A stretch of 64,000 bases of DNA from Chlorokybus atmophyticus (GCA_009103225.1 RHPI01001202.1:181206-245205); one strand, 5' to 3'; positions 1 through 13,795 are shown, counted from the first letter of the stretch. Translations and numbers: made by a program. Notes: generated by a model not told the origin, from the sequence alone.

Positions 1-432
1 ATTGCGCATTGGTTGGAGCATGCAGTTTGCGTTTGTTATTGTTATAGTCTATGTCGCACCAAGTGTTTGTCCAGTACGGACGTTTATGTTTTACGTGACG
101 GTAGTTGCGGCTTATCGTTGTACACAAATAAGTTGTCCATGCGCTTAATCAGCTGCATCTGTGTGTCGCAATGCAAAGGAAATTGCCTACATACTCAAGA
201 GGATGTACAATGCACTCCAACTCTGTTGAAGTACCAAGTCTTAATCAAGACTATAGTGTACATTTCGCACATGTGCAGTGACATCACTGCCACTGGCATC
301 AACCCACTGAAAGCTCAGCACATGCTCGTGTCGATGGCATATTCCTTCCATCGCTAGTGCAAAACATCAGCCATTGCAAGCGTACTTACCGGATCGGCGG
401 TGGCGGCGAGGGTGGGAGTGACCTGGTGGTCC

Positions 433-2567
433 ATGCCTGTGTCGCTGCTAGCTGTCATCACCTCAGGAAGAGGGTCCTCTGCGGGCTTGTGCTCTTCGTG
501 GTTGGTGTCGGCGTCACGGGCGGCCGTGGTAGTGGGCGCGGAGCAAGGGGGGGGAGGCAGCTGTTGCCTGGCAAGGAGTGCCACCAGCAGCAGCAGCAGT
601 AGCAGCAGCAGCCGACCACGACGCCTCGTGCCTGGCCGCAGCAGGTTGCTTCGCATGGAGGTGCCGCCAGCTGTCGCTGCTGCTGCTGCTGCTGAGGGCG
701 TCAGCACTAGCACAGCAGACCAAGCCGGCGGAGCCCTACCGCTCTTCTCATTTGGCCTCTTGTCGGACATACAGTATGCTGACAAGGACAACGGATGTGA
801 GTGTTGGGAAAGCCCGTGGTGTGGGCACCTAACAAAGTGTTGGGCCTGATAGAGTGCTTTGTTCTCCTACTTGCTAGTTGTCTACACACAGTGTGCGGCA
901 ACTGCTTTGCCTGGTTGAATAGTACAGCTCGTGTTCGAACGCTGCCCCCAACACAGTCTCAGTACACACTGTTTTACTGTTTGGTGGAACAGTGCTCTTG
1001 CTCTTCATGCTGCGGATCTGTGTTAGCTGTTGCTACGAACCATGCAATGAACAGTTGTGCTGTGTATGTGTCCTTCAGCTTATGATGGCCGCATCCCGCG
1101 ATACCGCGAGGCGACGGGAAAACTCAGGGAGGCTGTTGGTTTCTTCAACGAACGAGCACAGCAGCTGCGGTATGAGTGAGACCTCTGGGGTTGTCTTTGT
1201 TGGCGTTGCTGCTTGCAGAGTTGAAGCCAAGCAAGTACTGCTCACACCGCTGTTCGCAACATTGCTAATATCTTTCTCATTCCGCAGGTTTGTGCTGCAT
1301 CTTGGAGACATTGTAGATGGCAATGACACAGAAGAAAAGACTGTTTCCGATTTTGAAGAAGTTCAACGCGAGCTTACCGAGGTAGTGCTTGCGCATAGCA
1401 GGTATAGATACATGCATGCCTAAAAGTGCAACTTTTTCTGCAGTACGAGCAGAACCATTGCTCGTGTGCCTGATATCCTTCATCGTAAGTTCTGTTTGTA
1501 CTTGACAGTTGCAACTGCCCATGCGACACGTGCTCGGCAATCACTGTCTGGCATTGGGACGGGAACGATTGCTTAAGAGCCTTGATCTGGACAAGTCTTA
1601 TTATCAAGAGCCTCTGCCAAGCAGCTGGCGACTGGTAATGTCTCTTGTGTAGGTTATTCTGCTAGCGTATGTTACATTGTTATGCCAGATCGAGTTGATC
1701 CCATGCAACTCCCACATGCACAGTGCTTGGAAGTATAGTTGCACCCCAGCTGACTTTTCATTGCGCTTACTGGGCGTTCCAGGTTGTGCTTGACTCCATG
1801 GACCTCAGCGTGAGGTGGCCTGAGGGGTCTGAGAAGCTGAAGGCAAGTAAACACACCCGCAGTGCACTCTTTGCACATCACCACTGCACAATTACGTTGG
1901 AATGGTGTGTGCTAACAGCACGGTCACCGCAGCAAGGCGAGGAGTACCGAGCACAAAAGCCACTTGGTCCGGACAACCCCAACTTGCACACGTGGAATGG
2001 CGGGCTTGCTCAAGAGCAACTGGAGTGGCTCAGGCAGTTGATTGCCGATGCGGAAAGGTGCGCAGCGCTTGTCTTAGTCTGTACACTGTATGTTGGAATT
2101 TGTGCACTTGATCAGACATACGCTGAACTCATGTGCCTCTCCCTGGTCATTCCCTCAGGAATGGAGAACGGCTGATTGTATGTGCACATCACCCAATAAG
2201 CACAGGGGTTGCACCAGCAGACCATCTATTGTGGAATCACAAAGAGGTATGGGAGCTTTCTCTGTTGCAGCGCAAAGTAATGTGGAGAAGGTTGCTATTG
2301 CTGCAGGTCACATTTGCAATGTTGCAGGTTTCTGAATTGTTGGAGGCTTCTCCAGCCACTGCGCTCGTATTGGCGGGGCACTATCATGTCGGCGGCTACA
2401 ACCATGTAAAGCACGTGCACTATGTTACTGTGCAAGGCCTTGTAGAGGCACCCACCGGCAACAATGCGTACGCCATCGTTGAAGTCTATGCTGACCACAT
2501 TGACATCAAGGGCTTTGGAACTGTGCCGTCGATCCAGCTTAAATTGGTTGCACTCCATCAGGCATGA
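433..2567 (+). CDS. ADPRM: Mn2+-dependent ADP-ribose/CDP-alcohol diphosphatase (calcineurin-like metallophosphoesterase), 8 exons, with an S/A/R-rich transit-peptide-like N-terminus
   Basis: Exons 433-796, 1079-1169, 1288-1381, 1509-1634, 1783-1842, 1933-2057, 2159-2246 and 2328-2567 join in frame. Motifs FGLLSDIQYAD, LHLGDIVDG, HVLGNHC, WNGGLAQEQLEWL, CAHHP and LAGHYHVGG match the ADPRM family. Intron 5 has a GC donor (gcaagt at 1843). Confidence 0.9.
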
Positions 2568-5407
2568 GGGTGCATCATGATCTGAGAAATCTGATATATG
2601 TACGTCATGCCAGTTGGATTATTTTGTGCAACTCAGGCCCGCTAGTGCTGAAGGTTGACACAGTGACTTGTGAGCGCCTGTGCCTTTGCAATTGATTAAT
2701 GTACGCAGATAGCATCACATCATTGCAACACAACATACCACATGACCACTACCAGTCCGGGACACATGAACGCATCCATGCAGGGAGTTTGAGCCGTGCA
2801 TGCCACCGTGCGTGTGAGTGGTACGACTGACGAAACCCTAAGCATGCAGCCGGCAGCCGCAGCAGCAGTACTGGCCGTGGTGGCGGTGTGGGAGAGCGGT
2901 GGCGAGGGGAGTCTGGTCTGCTGGTCGTGGTGATCGTTGACAGCTGTTGATGCAAGGCTGATACTACTGGCGGTGTTGTAGGTGATGATGCATGCTTGTT
3001 GACTAACGGGGTAAGGGCAATAGCAAAGCTAGCTACCTAGGTTGTACAGGTAGCCCGGTGGTGAAATAAGTTGCTGCTATGGTGGACTGTGACTGTGCTG
3101 GTGTATGTTGCATGGGCCGTGCAATGGTGAGTCACATGCACAGCATTGCATATTTTCTATACCATACATTGATCAGCGTCAGCGTCAGCGTGTCCTGCTG
3201 CGTTATCAAGAGTCGATCAACCGCCCCTACTGCCACCGGTTGTGCTATTGGTTGTACAGGATATGCGCGGTGCTATGTTAGGCCCCCTACCTGGTCAGCG
3301 CTCTGGTGTATACGATCAACATAGAAGTAATAAGCACATATGTGAGTGCGATGCACGTATGCAGCATACAATCTTTGTACACAGCCTCAGCTCTACAACG
3401 AAGTGAGTTTGCTGGCATTCAGAATGCGCGCATACATGTTGCACGGCAGCTGTCGTAACCTCAAGACATACATACCTACTTCGCAAGCTTGCATCAGGCT
3501 GTCTCATTGTGCGGACTACTCGCTGACGACACTAACACACAACGACGGTGATCGTATCAGGGTTGAGGGCAAGATTGCAAGCGGCGGTGGGGGTGAGGGG
3601 AGAGAGCGAGGGAGGGGGCATGCATGTGATCCGCCTCCTGCTGCCGTTGTCATTACTGTTGTTGCAAGCTGGCCACTAGTACAGGCGCATATGCAGGTGA
3701 TTGAGGTTGCCATGCATGCATGCATGCATAGGGTATACATTATAGTCATCCCAAGTCACACACACATGCTGAGTGTACAAACATAAAGCATACAAGAACA
3801 AGCAAGCCTGACAGTGGGCATGTAGTCTCTCTCTGACTATTAACACAAACGAGCAAGTGTTCAATTGTCAACATCCATCACACCATCACACGCACATGAC
3901 ATCAGCACCGAAATCTTAACATATGCGGCGTCTGCCTCTTTACTCACATCATGCCACCCAGTAGAAGTAGCGGTAGGTGAGGGGTAGCGGTTAAATTTAA
4001 TAGCATGCAATTGACTATAGCAACGGCGCTACGGGGCTGTTGCTATCATACGTGTGCATGGTGTGAGCCACAGGTGGATGGACGAAATGGTCACAGTTAG
4101 AGTAGAGAGTGGCATGTCAAACCGGTTTGAGGCCTCCGCAATCGACTATAGCGACGGCGCTGAGAGGCTATTGTATGTATGCATGGTGTGAGCCTCTGCG
4201 TTTCCTACACTATATGTTATTGTAGTGTTACTTGTCTTGTCTTATCTCTGCATGGCCCCTGCTGTACATAAAATCGAAGGTGCCGTTGTGCTACAGCCAT
4301 CCGTTATATTGCTATGCAAGCGCATGTCTAAGTCCGGTGGTCTAGTATGTGATGCAAGTTGATGAGTCATCATTGTGGTTGGCTTGCTGCATGCTCACGC
4401 ATACTTGCATGTGCACAAACTGATATGGAATTTTGTACAAATAAAGAATTTGTGTGTATTTATGCAAGGCATGGTCACAAGCGGTATCGAGGGCGCGCGG
4501 GGGAGGGGGGGGGGCATATGCAACAAGGAAGCTTAGCCTTCATTCCGGCAAATACAGTATGCGCCCATGAGTGTAAGCATATGTCATAACTGTACCGTAC
4601 AGTATTACATTTAAATGATTTTATGCTGGCAGTTTGATCATATGATCATGTGAAATCTTCATTTGTACCACACACATAATATAATGCGAACAGTAAACAC
4701 AAGTGTATGCACGTTGCATGAAGGGATGTTACACGCAAGCCGTAGAGCACTATCACACGTAATTCACTCGAGATTCGCATGCTACTTGCTACCTTGAATA
4801 CAGCACACCCTGAATGTAGCACCCGCATGCTTGCACCCGCGTGAACAAATATGATACCAACTACCCAAGTAGTAAGACCTCATCAACGTCACGCTGACGT
4901 GCTCTGACGACGCAGTCCCTAAAGGCGATCTGCGTGCAAGCATGATGATTGATGAACCACAGTTGACTTTCATGGGCGAGTCAATCACACGGTGTGATTC
5001 ACACCAGACTCACCGTTGAATGACTTCCTGCTGAAACATCAGTTTGGTGATTCAGGCTGAGTCACTCACTGTGTCATCCGTCAGTGCGCTTTCCACGCTG
5101 GAAAGGCCGAGGGGCGCTGCTTGCTTGCCCGGCTCTGCCCCCATGCCACGCTAGCACGGCGCCACGCCACGCCAGCATGGCCTGGTGGCCCCGCGACGGC
5201 CGGCGGCGGTGTCTGTCAGCATCACGGTCGGGTGGGGAAGGGGTGGTGGCGGCCTGTTCTAGGCCGATCTGCTCGCTGCGCTGCTGGTCTGCTGCTTCCA
5301 GGCCGGCTTGCAAGCTTGCAATGCAGTAGTGGGTAGCGGGCAATTCAACTGCTAGGTGCAGCCTGGTTTGCCTGTGCTGAGCTTGGAAGTGGCTAGCTTT
5401 GAGCAGC

Positions 5408-7932
5408 CATGGCTAGCGCAGTGCTGGGTGGCCTCACCAGCGGCTCTTTTGCCGCTGCTATCCCCGCGCCGCAGCAGCGCCAGCCTGTTCGCCGGCGGAC
5501 ATCTTCTCCACCTCACCGAGGAGCGACGACTGCGCATGTCCGCTGCTCAGGAAAACAAGGTCTGTGACTAGGGTTTGTTTGTATTTGCAGGCCAGCTGTC
5601 AGCACTGCCATGCATGGCGTCCTCACGGCACGTCAACGTCGGCAGCCAGGTGCAGCTTGTCGCACAGCAGCAGCAGCAGCAGCAGCATGGGAGACACCAC
5701 CGAGCTCTGCCTGTGGCCATCGGAGTAAGCAGTCAATTTGACCAGTGCAAAAACAACATGTAGCATAGCACGGAGTTGTGCAACATGGTTGTGGCGTCCT
5801 CACAACTTTGACACGGAAAGAGCACAAGCGTCGTGCACATGGCTTCTCATACGCATGCACTGGTGGTGCAAGGGCAATGAGTTCACACATATATATATAT
5901 ACTAAATGCATGCGTCACACCATGCACTGGCTTGCTCATGCAATGGAAGCGCAATTAGCCAGCTTGCTATGGAACAGTGTTTGTTGACGAGTTGTTAGGC
6001 GATAGCTGTGCGCTGCAACCTGCCTGACACTAACAAACCTTCAACTACTGGAGACATTGGAGTGCACAGTTGTGCTGAATATCATGCTCGCTTAGATGTG
6101 GTATTGCTGCGAGCACAGAGCTTTACCTGAATCGAACAACGTTGTGTGTGCAGAACGGTATTGTTGCCAACAGGCTCTGGCGCACTCCAAGTAAGCAAGC
6201 TGTAGCTGGTGTTTGACATGGCTGCCTGCTTTGACCTTGTGGGTTCAGTTCAGCATGCGGATATTCTGTCAGGTTTGCACTTTGAGTGTGGCACGGGACA
6301 GTAAAGAAGTAGCCTGCTTGGTCGCTAACAACTGCCCACATACGTATTGTGCCATGCAGGTACATGAGGCTCGCTATCGCATGCTGCTGCACACAATCAA
6401 CAATGCCGCCCACCGAGGTCACCAGCCCGCACGCTTCGGGCACATGTTGAACCAGCAGCCCTTATTTGATGCCAATGAAGAGGCGTGTACGAACGCTGAG
6501 CAAGTACCATCGCTTCTAGAAGGCCAGCCACCTGCCGGTTGCTGCGCAGAGGTAAGAGCTTTGTGCATGCTTTTGCGCTAGGTGCATCACATTACTCCCA
6601 GCTTTCTGAGCTTTCTTGATGATGTGAGCAGTACTTTGAGTGCATTGTGTCCTCACATGTAGAGCACAAGCAGCAATGTTTGCAACGAAATCTGCGGAAT
6701 CAGGTGCAGAGCGTCAATGAGCGTTCTGATGGTGGGATTGAGGTCAGCTTTGCAGGAGCCCAGCGTTTTCAGGTAAGTGTGCACATCATCCAGAATTACT
6801 AGTGGCTAGCTGGCGAATGTATATGCGTGTTACAGGTGCTAAGGGTTCTGCGCTTGAAGCCGTTTGTGGTCGCACGGGTGAGATGGCTAGAAGACGAGTG
6901 CCTTGATGGGTTTGACATGGACACCGATCAGCTTGAGCGAGATGTCTGGTCCACACTGCAGGAGGTGGGCGCATGCAGCATTGTGCACAAATCTATCTAC
7001 TTCTTCATTGTGGACGCACCTGGCATATGAGCATGCAACCCGAATCCACGTCCCATACTCAGGTGCAAAGCATCCGCTCCTACCTGCACACCCTACGGCC
7101 CACTTCGACCCCAGCCCCGTATTTGTCTCAAGCTGTAATCCGCCTTGCACCCCCCGCACGTGCTCAGAGAGCAATCCTTGCTGGAGCGCAGGCCTCTGCT
7201 GGTGGCAGCGGGCCTGGGCGGGCTGCGGGGGCCATCGCCACCTGGCAGCGTTCCAGGTTATCAATGCACATGGAGTTTGGTTTCACTGATGCGTGACAAC
7301 CTGCATATTGTACACGGGCGTTGATGCCTGGTTCGTAAGGATCTGTGGTGTGGGAGCAGGTGGGGTGATGACTACGACCGATATATGGGTGGCGCTAATG
7401 GTGAGGTTCGCAGCAGCGATCCATATCTTAAGTTTTCGGAGACAGTTGGGCGGCAAGCCAGGCAGGAAGCATTCTCGTTTGCGGCTGCAAACATGGTAAG
7501 GATCGACTTTTGTGCTGGTCATATGGCTACTGTCCAGTTGGTTCCTACTTGTGCAGCTTAAGGTGCATCACACTGCATGCATGCACTCGGATTGGATGGC
7601 CGCTCATGCACATAATGCATCACATGGTATGTGTGCAATTGCTGAGCATTTTGTTCTGGGAAGGTGGATGCTGGGTGGATGGAGCGAACTGCTCTTCTGC
7701 ACATCAATGACACGGCAGCTCGGCTTGCGTGGGTGCGGATACCACTTGTGTATGCATGTACCGTGTGTGCAATCTACATGCACATGGGTGAGAGATTATG
7801 GGCAGTGATGCCGTACATCATCAAGCACAGTGTTTACTTCTGCAGGTGCTGGAGGCGATCTGCATACACTTACAGAGCCTCCGTGCAGAGAAGTCCTTGA
7901 CTGCTGCGTTGCAATTGCGGTTGGAGTCCTGA
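5408..7932 (+). CDS. LON peptidase N-terminal (substrate-binding, PUA-like) domain protein with no protease domain; 5' end uncertain
   Basis: Spliced reading ELCLWPSETVLLPTGSGALQ|VHEARYRMLLHT...GCCAE|VQSVNERSDGGIEVSFAGAQRFQ|VLRVLRLKPFVVARVRWLED...RQEAFSFAAANM|VDAGWMERTALLHINDTAARLAW|VLEAICIHLQSL...LES*. This follows the LON_substr_bdg pattern (LFP..LPL.IFE.RY; G..RF.V...PY.VA.V.WLED). The frame linking the 5408 ATG exon to the 5591-5724 exon did not resolve; an in-frame ATG lies at 5687. Confidence 0.75.
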
Positions 7933-8985
7933 GTATCCACTTGCACAAGTTGCTGTACATATGGTCGCATATCAGTAGTGGTTATGTAGTCAGGTTGTAA
8001 CAATGGTAGTAAGGAAGTTCTGCATGCAATGGGAGCAGTCAGATCAGTATAGTACACAAATAGCTGTCTGGATATAGTCATGGCTTAAACAATTGATTGG
8101 CCATGTCACGGTGCACACGCGGTGCAAAGGAACTAAACCTTCCTAGCATGGTGGCGGCCGTGCCGGGTTAGGCGGTAGTGCAAATGGGACTCCCGGTGAT
8201 TGAGGTAGTCGCATCAGTGGTGACAGCGGGTGTGAATTTGGCGATGTTGGGGTGAGTGCGTGAAAGCGGTGATGAGTGGCGGGGTCTATGTGTGAGAGTG
8301 CAAGTGAGTCGCAGAATTTGGTGCGATCTTGTCTAGATTAGCTGTGTCAAGTCTAAAGTAGGGTCTCAAGAGCTCTACCTTGGCCCCCGCCTAATCTACT
8401 GACTTGCTTGTGCGTGCCCATATCTGTGTGTGTGCATGTTGATGCTATGCTTTTGCTTCTGCACACACTTGGTTCTTGGAGCGTGCTTCGCGCAGCTCTG
8501 CTGCAAGTCATGTGTGTACGGGGTGCCTCGTCATACATGCTGGAGCAAGCAGTGGATATGTACATGTAGTAATGGTTTCTTGGCATGCGTGCATGATTGC
8601 CGAGGTTGTCATGAATTATAGGTGTAGGGCAGTAGAAGGTTTATTACGAGAAAACCAACATCATTTACATAGTATGTAGCCAATGGGATGTCGAGCATCA
8701 TCGACGCTAACGATATAATTGACTTCAGATTCCCTTCATGCACAATTGTTGCAAATATTACGCAATCAATGGTATGATGTGTTACCATTATGTCATTATA
8801 GCATGATGTATCATATATTATATCGCTATAGCAATGTCGAACGTTATTACAACAATTTGGTGGCGTGTGTAACATCCATATACCACCTTAATATGGTTGG
8901 CATACATGGTGTGTTGGTGTACAAAAGATGCAAGCTGCATCATGTGCGTGAATGTACATATACATTTGCAAAGCTCTGCGTGGTT

Positions 8986-9165
8986 ATACATATTTATATA
9001 TACTCATATACATGTATATACATGTATATATACATATATATACATATATATGTATATATATATATTATATATATATTATATATATACATATATATGCATA
9101 TATGTATATATATATATACTTTATATACATACTTACTAAAATGTACAATATTTATATATATACAT
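8986..9165. repeat. Degenerate (TA)n / TATATACA microsatellite
   Basis: About 180 bp of tatatacatatatatgtatatata-type sequence seen directly. Confidence 0.95.
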
Positions 9166-11731
9166 AATGTTTTCTTAAAATCAAAGCGCGCGCGCACAAA
9201 CATTGCATTGCGTTCTTTGTATACATATGCATACGCACTTGCACTCTTCAACATTACACATACACACACACGCGCACATGCATGAGCCTCGTATACATAA
9301 ACACATCCGTCAAAACACAACCGTGGTGCAGATAACAAGAGGTGCATATGCATGCTTGCATGACAAACAGGGTGGGGTAGGAGTGGAATTGATATGGTAG
9401 ATAGCGCGGTGGTCGAACATGTGTGAAGTAGGTGAGTATGTATGTTGTTGATATGCGTTATTGACATACATTGTACATCATGCTGAAACTAATGTGCTGC
9501 AGTATCGCATGCATGCAATAGCATTTTTAAATTTTTAATACACGAAAAGCAGGCGTCAACACTCCGATACACGTAATACACGCACACGACGCATAGCATG
9601 CACACATCAAACATCGCATTTTATAAACGTACTATAATAGTCAAGTTAAGCAAATGTATCAGTGGTTAAATGAGTTTAACATTAACAATGCGTTGCTTAA
9701 GCAGATTTAGTACAATATGCTTGTGTTAAGTCACTGGAGTCCGATTAGAATGGCTGCGTGAGGTGCTCATATGCTTGCAACTATACATATGGTGGAAAAG
9801 CGGGGCCATTAGTTATAGCAAAGCACACAACAAACAAGCACAGATAACCACAACAGGGCAAGCAACTAGCGCGAAGATGGCTGATACTATGCACATACGT
9901 GGGAGAACAGGCACGCAGGCAGTCTCGGCGGAGGGTTCCGTCCAATTACCTGCAGATTGGCAGAGCCAAGCATACAATTTTCTGCAAGTATATGCAAGGA
10001 TAATGCGGATGGAAGCAACCCATGAGCTGAGCTCACAAAAGTTTACCAGTGTCCGTGTGTGCTTATAATTGTGGCAATCTCACATTTCAGGCATGACATT
10101 GTCACAAACTGGTGCGGCGGTGGTGCTTGCAAGTCGACAGCAACCGGTGTGGTTTGAAAATAGGCCTAGGCAGTGTAGGCGGTCAGCATCATAGCGCATG
10201 ATGAGCCAACGGCGACTTGCGGGTCGGGCCCGAGAACCGGGTCATTTACCCATTGGTCCCAAGCTGATGGGACCAATCCGGTATTGACCCCAACCATTCG
10301 GGTCCTTTGTCAGACGACCCGATGCGCCGATTCGTCGCATCTTAAAGAGGGATATTTGGGGTCGGTCCTTACAGCTGCTTAGCGCCGATGAGGTCATTGG
10401 CAAAAATAGGTTACCCACCCTGCGGCGGTTGCCGGAGATGCCGCCCCCGGTCCTTGGGGTTGGGTACGATGCCGCGTGGGGTGGGGACCCGAACGCGTGG
10501 CTCTGGTGAAGTCAGAGGGTGGCAGGGGCACAGTTGGCATCACTGACAACAAGGATTTTTGTGGGGCTCTGCAGGCGCTGGCAGAGTTGCGCTCCTGCTG
10601 CACCACGTGGTGCGTTTTTTGGTTTTTTCTATCGTGAATGGAATCGAACCGCTCCATACCTGGAAGCCGAACCAAATCTGTCAGTCCAGCAGCTCTATAT
10701 CATTAGCATCTTGTCCTTTGTCGTCCCAATCGGCCAAGTTATGCAGGTTTCAAGGCTGGAGCGCGATATCGAGTTCTCGCGCCAGCTGGCGACCGGTTCA
10801 TTGGACACCGTATATCGACCCCAAGTCATGATGGCCCCTAGGAAAGGACTTTCTCTCTGTGGCTGCCACGCAGTCCCCACGACTGTAATGATTGGAGGAC
10901 GGCTGCCACCGGAGTTGAATTGTGATATGCGGCCGGTGGCAGCCGTTCTGCACTTTTGGCCATCAGGCTGCCGCCAGCGCAGTTGATCGGCGCGGCGGTC
11001 TGACTGAGGCCTCAGTCCGACGAAATTTGAGAAGAGCCGCAAAACAAAGCGAAGGTAACGTGCTCCCCCAACGCGCCATTGTTTGCCCCGCTGAGCACAG
11101 CGGAGGAAGAAAGTTAGGCCCGCACCGTGACGAGCGGTTACGCCGGTCAGTGTGCTCTTCAATTGCTTGGGCCGCGTGAGCATTGAATGAGGTATCTGAA
11201 TCTTCGTGAATGACGAGAAGTCATGATTGGCAGCAAGGCGGGCGAGTTGAAAGCGCTGCAAGTTGCGGGGTGAACCCAACTTGCAGGGACCCGGCCCAAA
11301 AAGGGGAAAAGCAGCAAATGCGTCGTGATTCAACACGCACTCATGATTCATGAGTTCAAGCAACCGCTTGATTGTTTGATGGGCAGTGGCCCTGTAGTTG
11401 TTTCTCCCCTGTAAAGTCACTTAGTAACTCAATTTTGGGTACCGATGCTGCGACTCGCCTCGAGTAGTTTTTTCCCCCTGTGAGTGCGGCTATCACATTG
11501 CGGCATGATTGCTGTTTGAGCATCGGTGTGCAGTTTAGCAGCGGCGGCGAGGGGCGTGGCGGCAGCGGCGGGGGGCGGCGAGGTGAGCCACGGGCCTTGG
11601 TGGTGGTGGTGTGAGCGTGGTGGGTGAGTGTAGCAGAGTGCTTGGCTGCCTGAGTGAGGGTGGAAGTCTGCCTGCATTTGCGTGGACAACGAGGCAACCC
11701 AGGGGGGTGGACGGCAGGCAAGCAAGCCACC

Positions 11732-13302
11732 ATGCATGGAGCAAAGGTGCCTGGCAGGACGGGTGGAGCAACCAGGACATCCATCTTTGCCACGACGCCA
11801 CTGCCAGTAGGCTTGGAGCATCTGCAGCAGCAGCACGCTGCCCAGCAGCAGCAAGCTCTGCAGCAGATGGACCCGCTGCTACGTCCACCGCCGCCGTCGG
11901 CGGCGAGCTTCCTGTGTGGCCTTCCAGGCGGCCTGCTGCCACCAGGCTCCGGCGGTTACAGCAGCTATCCGCAGTCCAGCGGTGGTACGTGCCTCGCTTT
12001 TGCTTCGTGCTGCTAGCATGCATGACCGCAGTTGCTTGCAATGCTGCCTGCTCAGCTTAGCGCAGCTGCATCTAGGGCTGCCTGTCACCATTGAAGACAT
12101 TCTGTTATAACCAGGGCGCTCATGCGTCTGTTGTTGTTGTTGCTGCTGTTGGTGTCGACAGTCTGCTTGACATGGTGAGCGGGCTGTCCTTGATACACAC
12201 TGAACATCATCCTTACTTCAGATGGCCTGTCTGGGACCCCTTTCACAGCCGGCGGTTTCAGTGCTTCAGACATGACCTCCAACCAGACAGGTATGATTGG
12301 TTCTTCGTAGTTGCAGCTGTGCTTGCAGCTTTCTTTTGCGATTGGCCTGATTGTGGTCTGCTTTCCGCAGTGAACATTCTGCACATACCCGACCGTGGCG
12401 ATTGCAGCGGCAGTGATAGCGACAGCGAGGCCAACTTCAGCGGAAGAGACTACGACGGTGCCACGGGACAGGTGCTCGACGCTCGCAAACGCAAGCGGTA
12501 CGCTGAAAGAGTGCACGTTTTGCCAATGCCATTTCTTCCTCCCTTTCTTTATCAAATGGTCGAATACTCTGTCATGTGGTCTTCGTCATGGTGAGGTTGT
12601 GGTCTGAAGCGTGCTTGTTGCGTGTTACCCAAGCATGCTGGCCAATCGCGAGTCGGCAAGACGGTCTCGGCGCCGCAAACAAGAGCATCTTGATCAGCTG
12701 GAGGTGGTCGTGACTGATCTTCGCACAGCCAATGCCAAGCTGCAAAAGCAGGTCACGGCCTTGAAACAGCAAGTAACAGCCACCTCGGACGAGCGCGCGA
12801 CACTGCAACGCCAGGTAGACCGCAAGAGCCTGACCTCTTCCCGCATCTGCTGCTTTTTAAGTTGCCCTATCTCTCTTTGAAATTGTCTGTTGTCATGGAG
12901 TGACCGATTGGTCATCGCAGGTGTTCGTCTTGCAAGCCAAGTTGAGAGACTGCACCACCTTCCATTTTAGCCCACGCGGTCCACCCGAACCGGCCTCCAC
13001 GCCGGCTTCGGAGGGTTCAGCCCCGAGCAGTATCACATTCCAAGACTCTGCAGTCAGGTACTAAGTGCTCAAGCTTTCAGCAGTAGCAACATTGTTGGCC
13101 ATCTGCATCAGTTGCTGATGTGCTTTGTACTTGCAGCATTATGCCTTTCAAGCCGCCCACGCCGTCGATGTCCATACCTGCGACCTTACCTGTACAGACA
13201 ACGGAATTTGAATTAGACGGCGCGTTCGCCGATGACGAAGAGATTTGCGAGGCCATCGAGACACCAACCTCCGAATTGACCACCACCCTGCAAGCACTTT
13301 AA
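11732..13302 (+). CDS. bZIP transcription factor, group C/S-like (paralog 1), 6 exons
   Basis: gccaccATG at 11732. Exons 11732-11984, 12222-12290, 12371-12497, 12634-12814, 12921-13057 and 13137-13302 are phase-compatible. Basic region and zipper: DARKRKRMLANRESARRSRRRKQEHLDQLEVVVTDLRTANAKLQKQVTALKQQV. Confidence 0.9.
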
Positions 13303-13795
13303 GAGCCTGGCTACCCCACCGGTGTGTGTAAGTGTGCGTGTCTATGTAAACACGCCACATTCTAACAGCTGCTTCCATCACATGGACTAGTAGTTTCGTA
13401 GTGTGGCTTTGAGTGAGTTCTCTCCTCGCTGTTGAGCGACCAGTGTTCCAGCCGATGGAGGAGTTTGTTGCCATAGGTAGCCGTACACACTACAGCCCTG
13501 TGCCTTCAGCACCAGGTGCTGCTGGCATCTGCTGTAGCATTGTGCATCATAGACAGATTGTGGATGTAGTTGTGCTTGTTAGCAATCAACAGTGCAGGCT
13601 TGTACGTTTTTGTAATTGGCTAAGCCATTGGCTAAGTTGTACTGCTCCGGATCCGGAGGCATTGCCGTTTCGCATTGCATGTGCAATGCGTATAGGATAT
13701 GTTGCCAGTGGCAGACGTGCATGACATCTTACAGCATGCCAAGTTAGTGACTACTAGTATTTGTGGTCAAGTCATACTGCATCCGGAGGAAACGC

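Noticed and set aside
2700-3800. Gene between ADPRM and the LON-N gene
   Set aside because: A telo-box and scattered splice-like sites are present, but I could not assemble a coherent reading frame.
8719-9467. Long Y/I/H-rich ORFs in the ORF track
   Set aside because: They are translations of the (TA)n microsatellite.
10519-11420. 155-aa and 241-aa ORFs upstream of bZIP paralog 1
   Set aside because: Non-ATG starts, no recognisable motif and overlapping opposite-strand ORFs; expected by chance in GC-balanced DNA.
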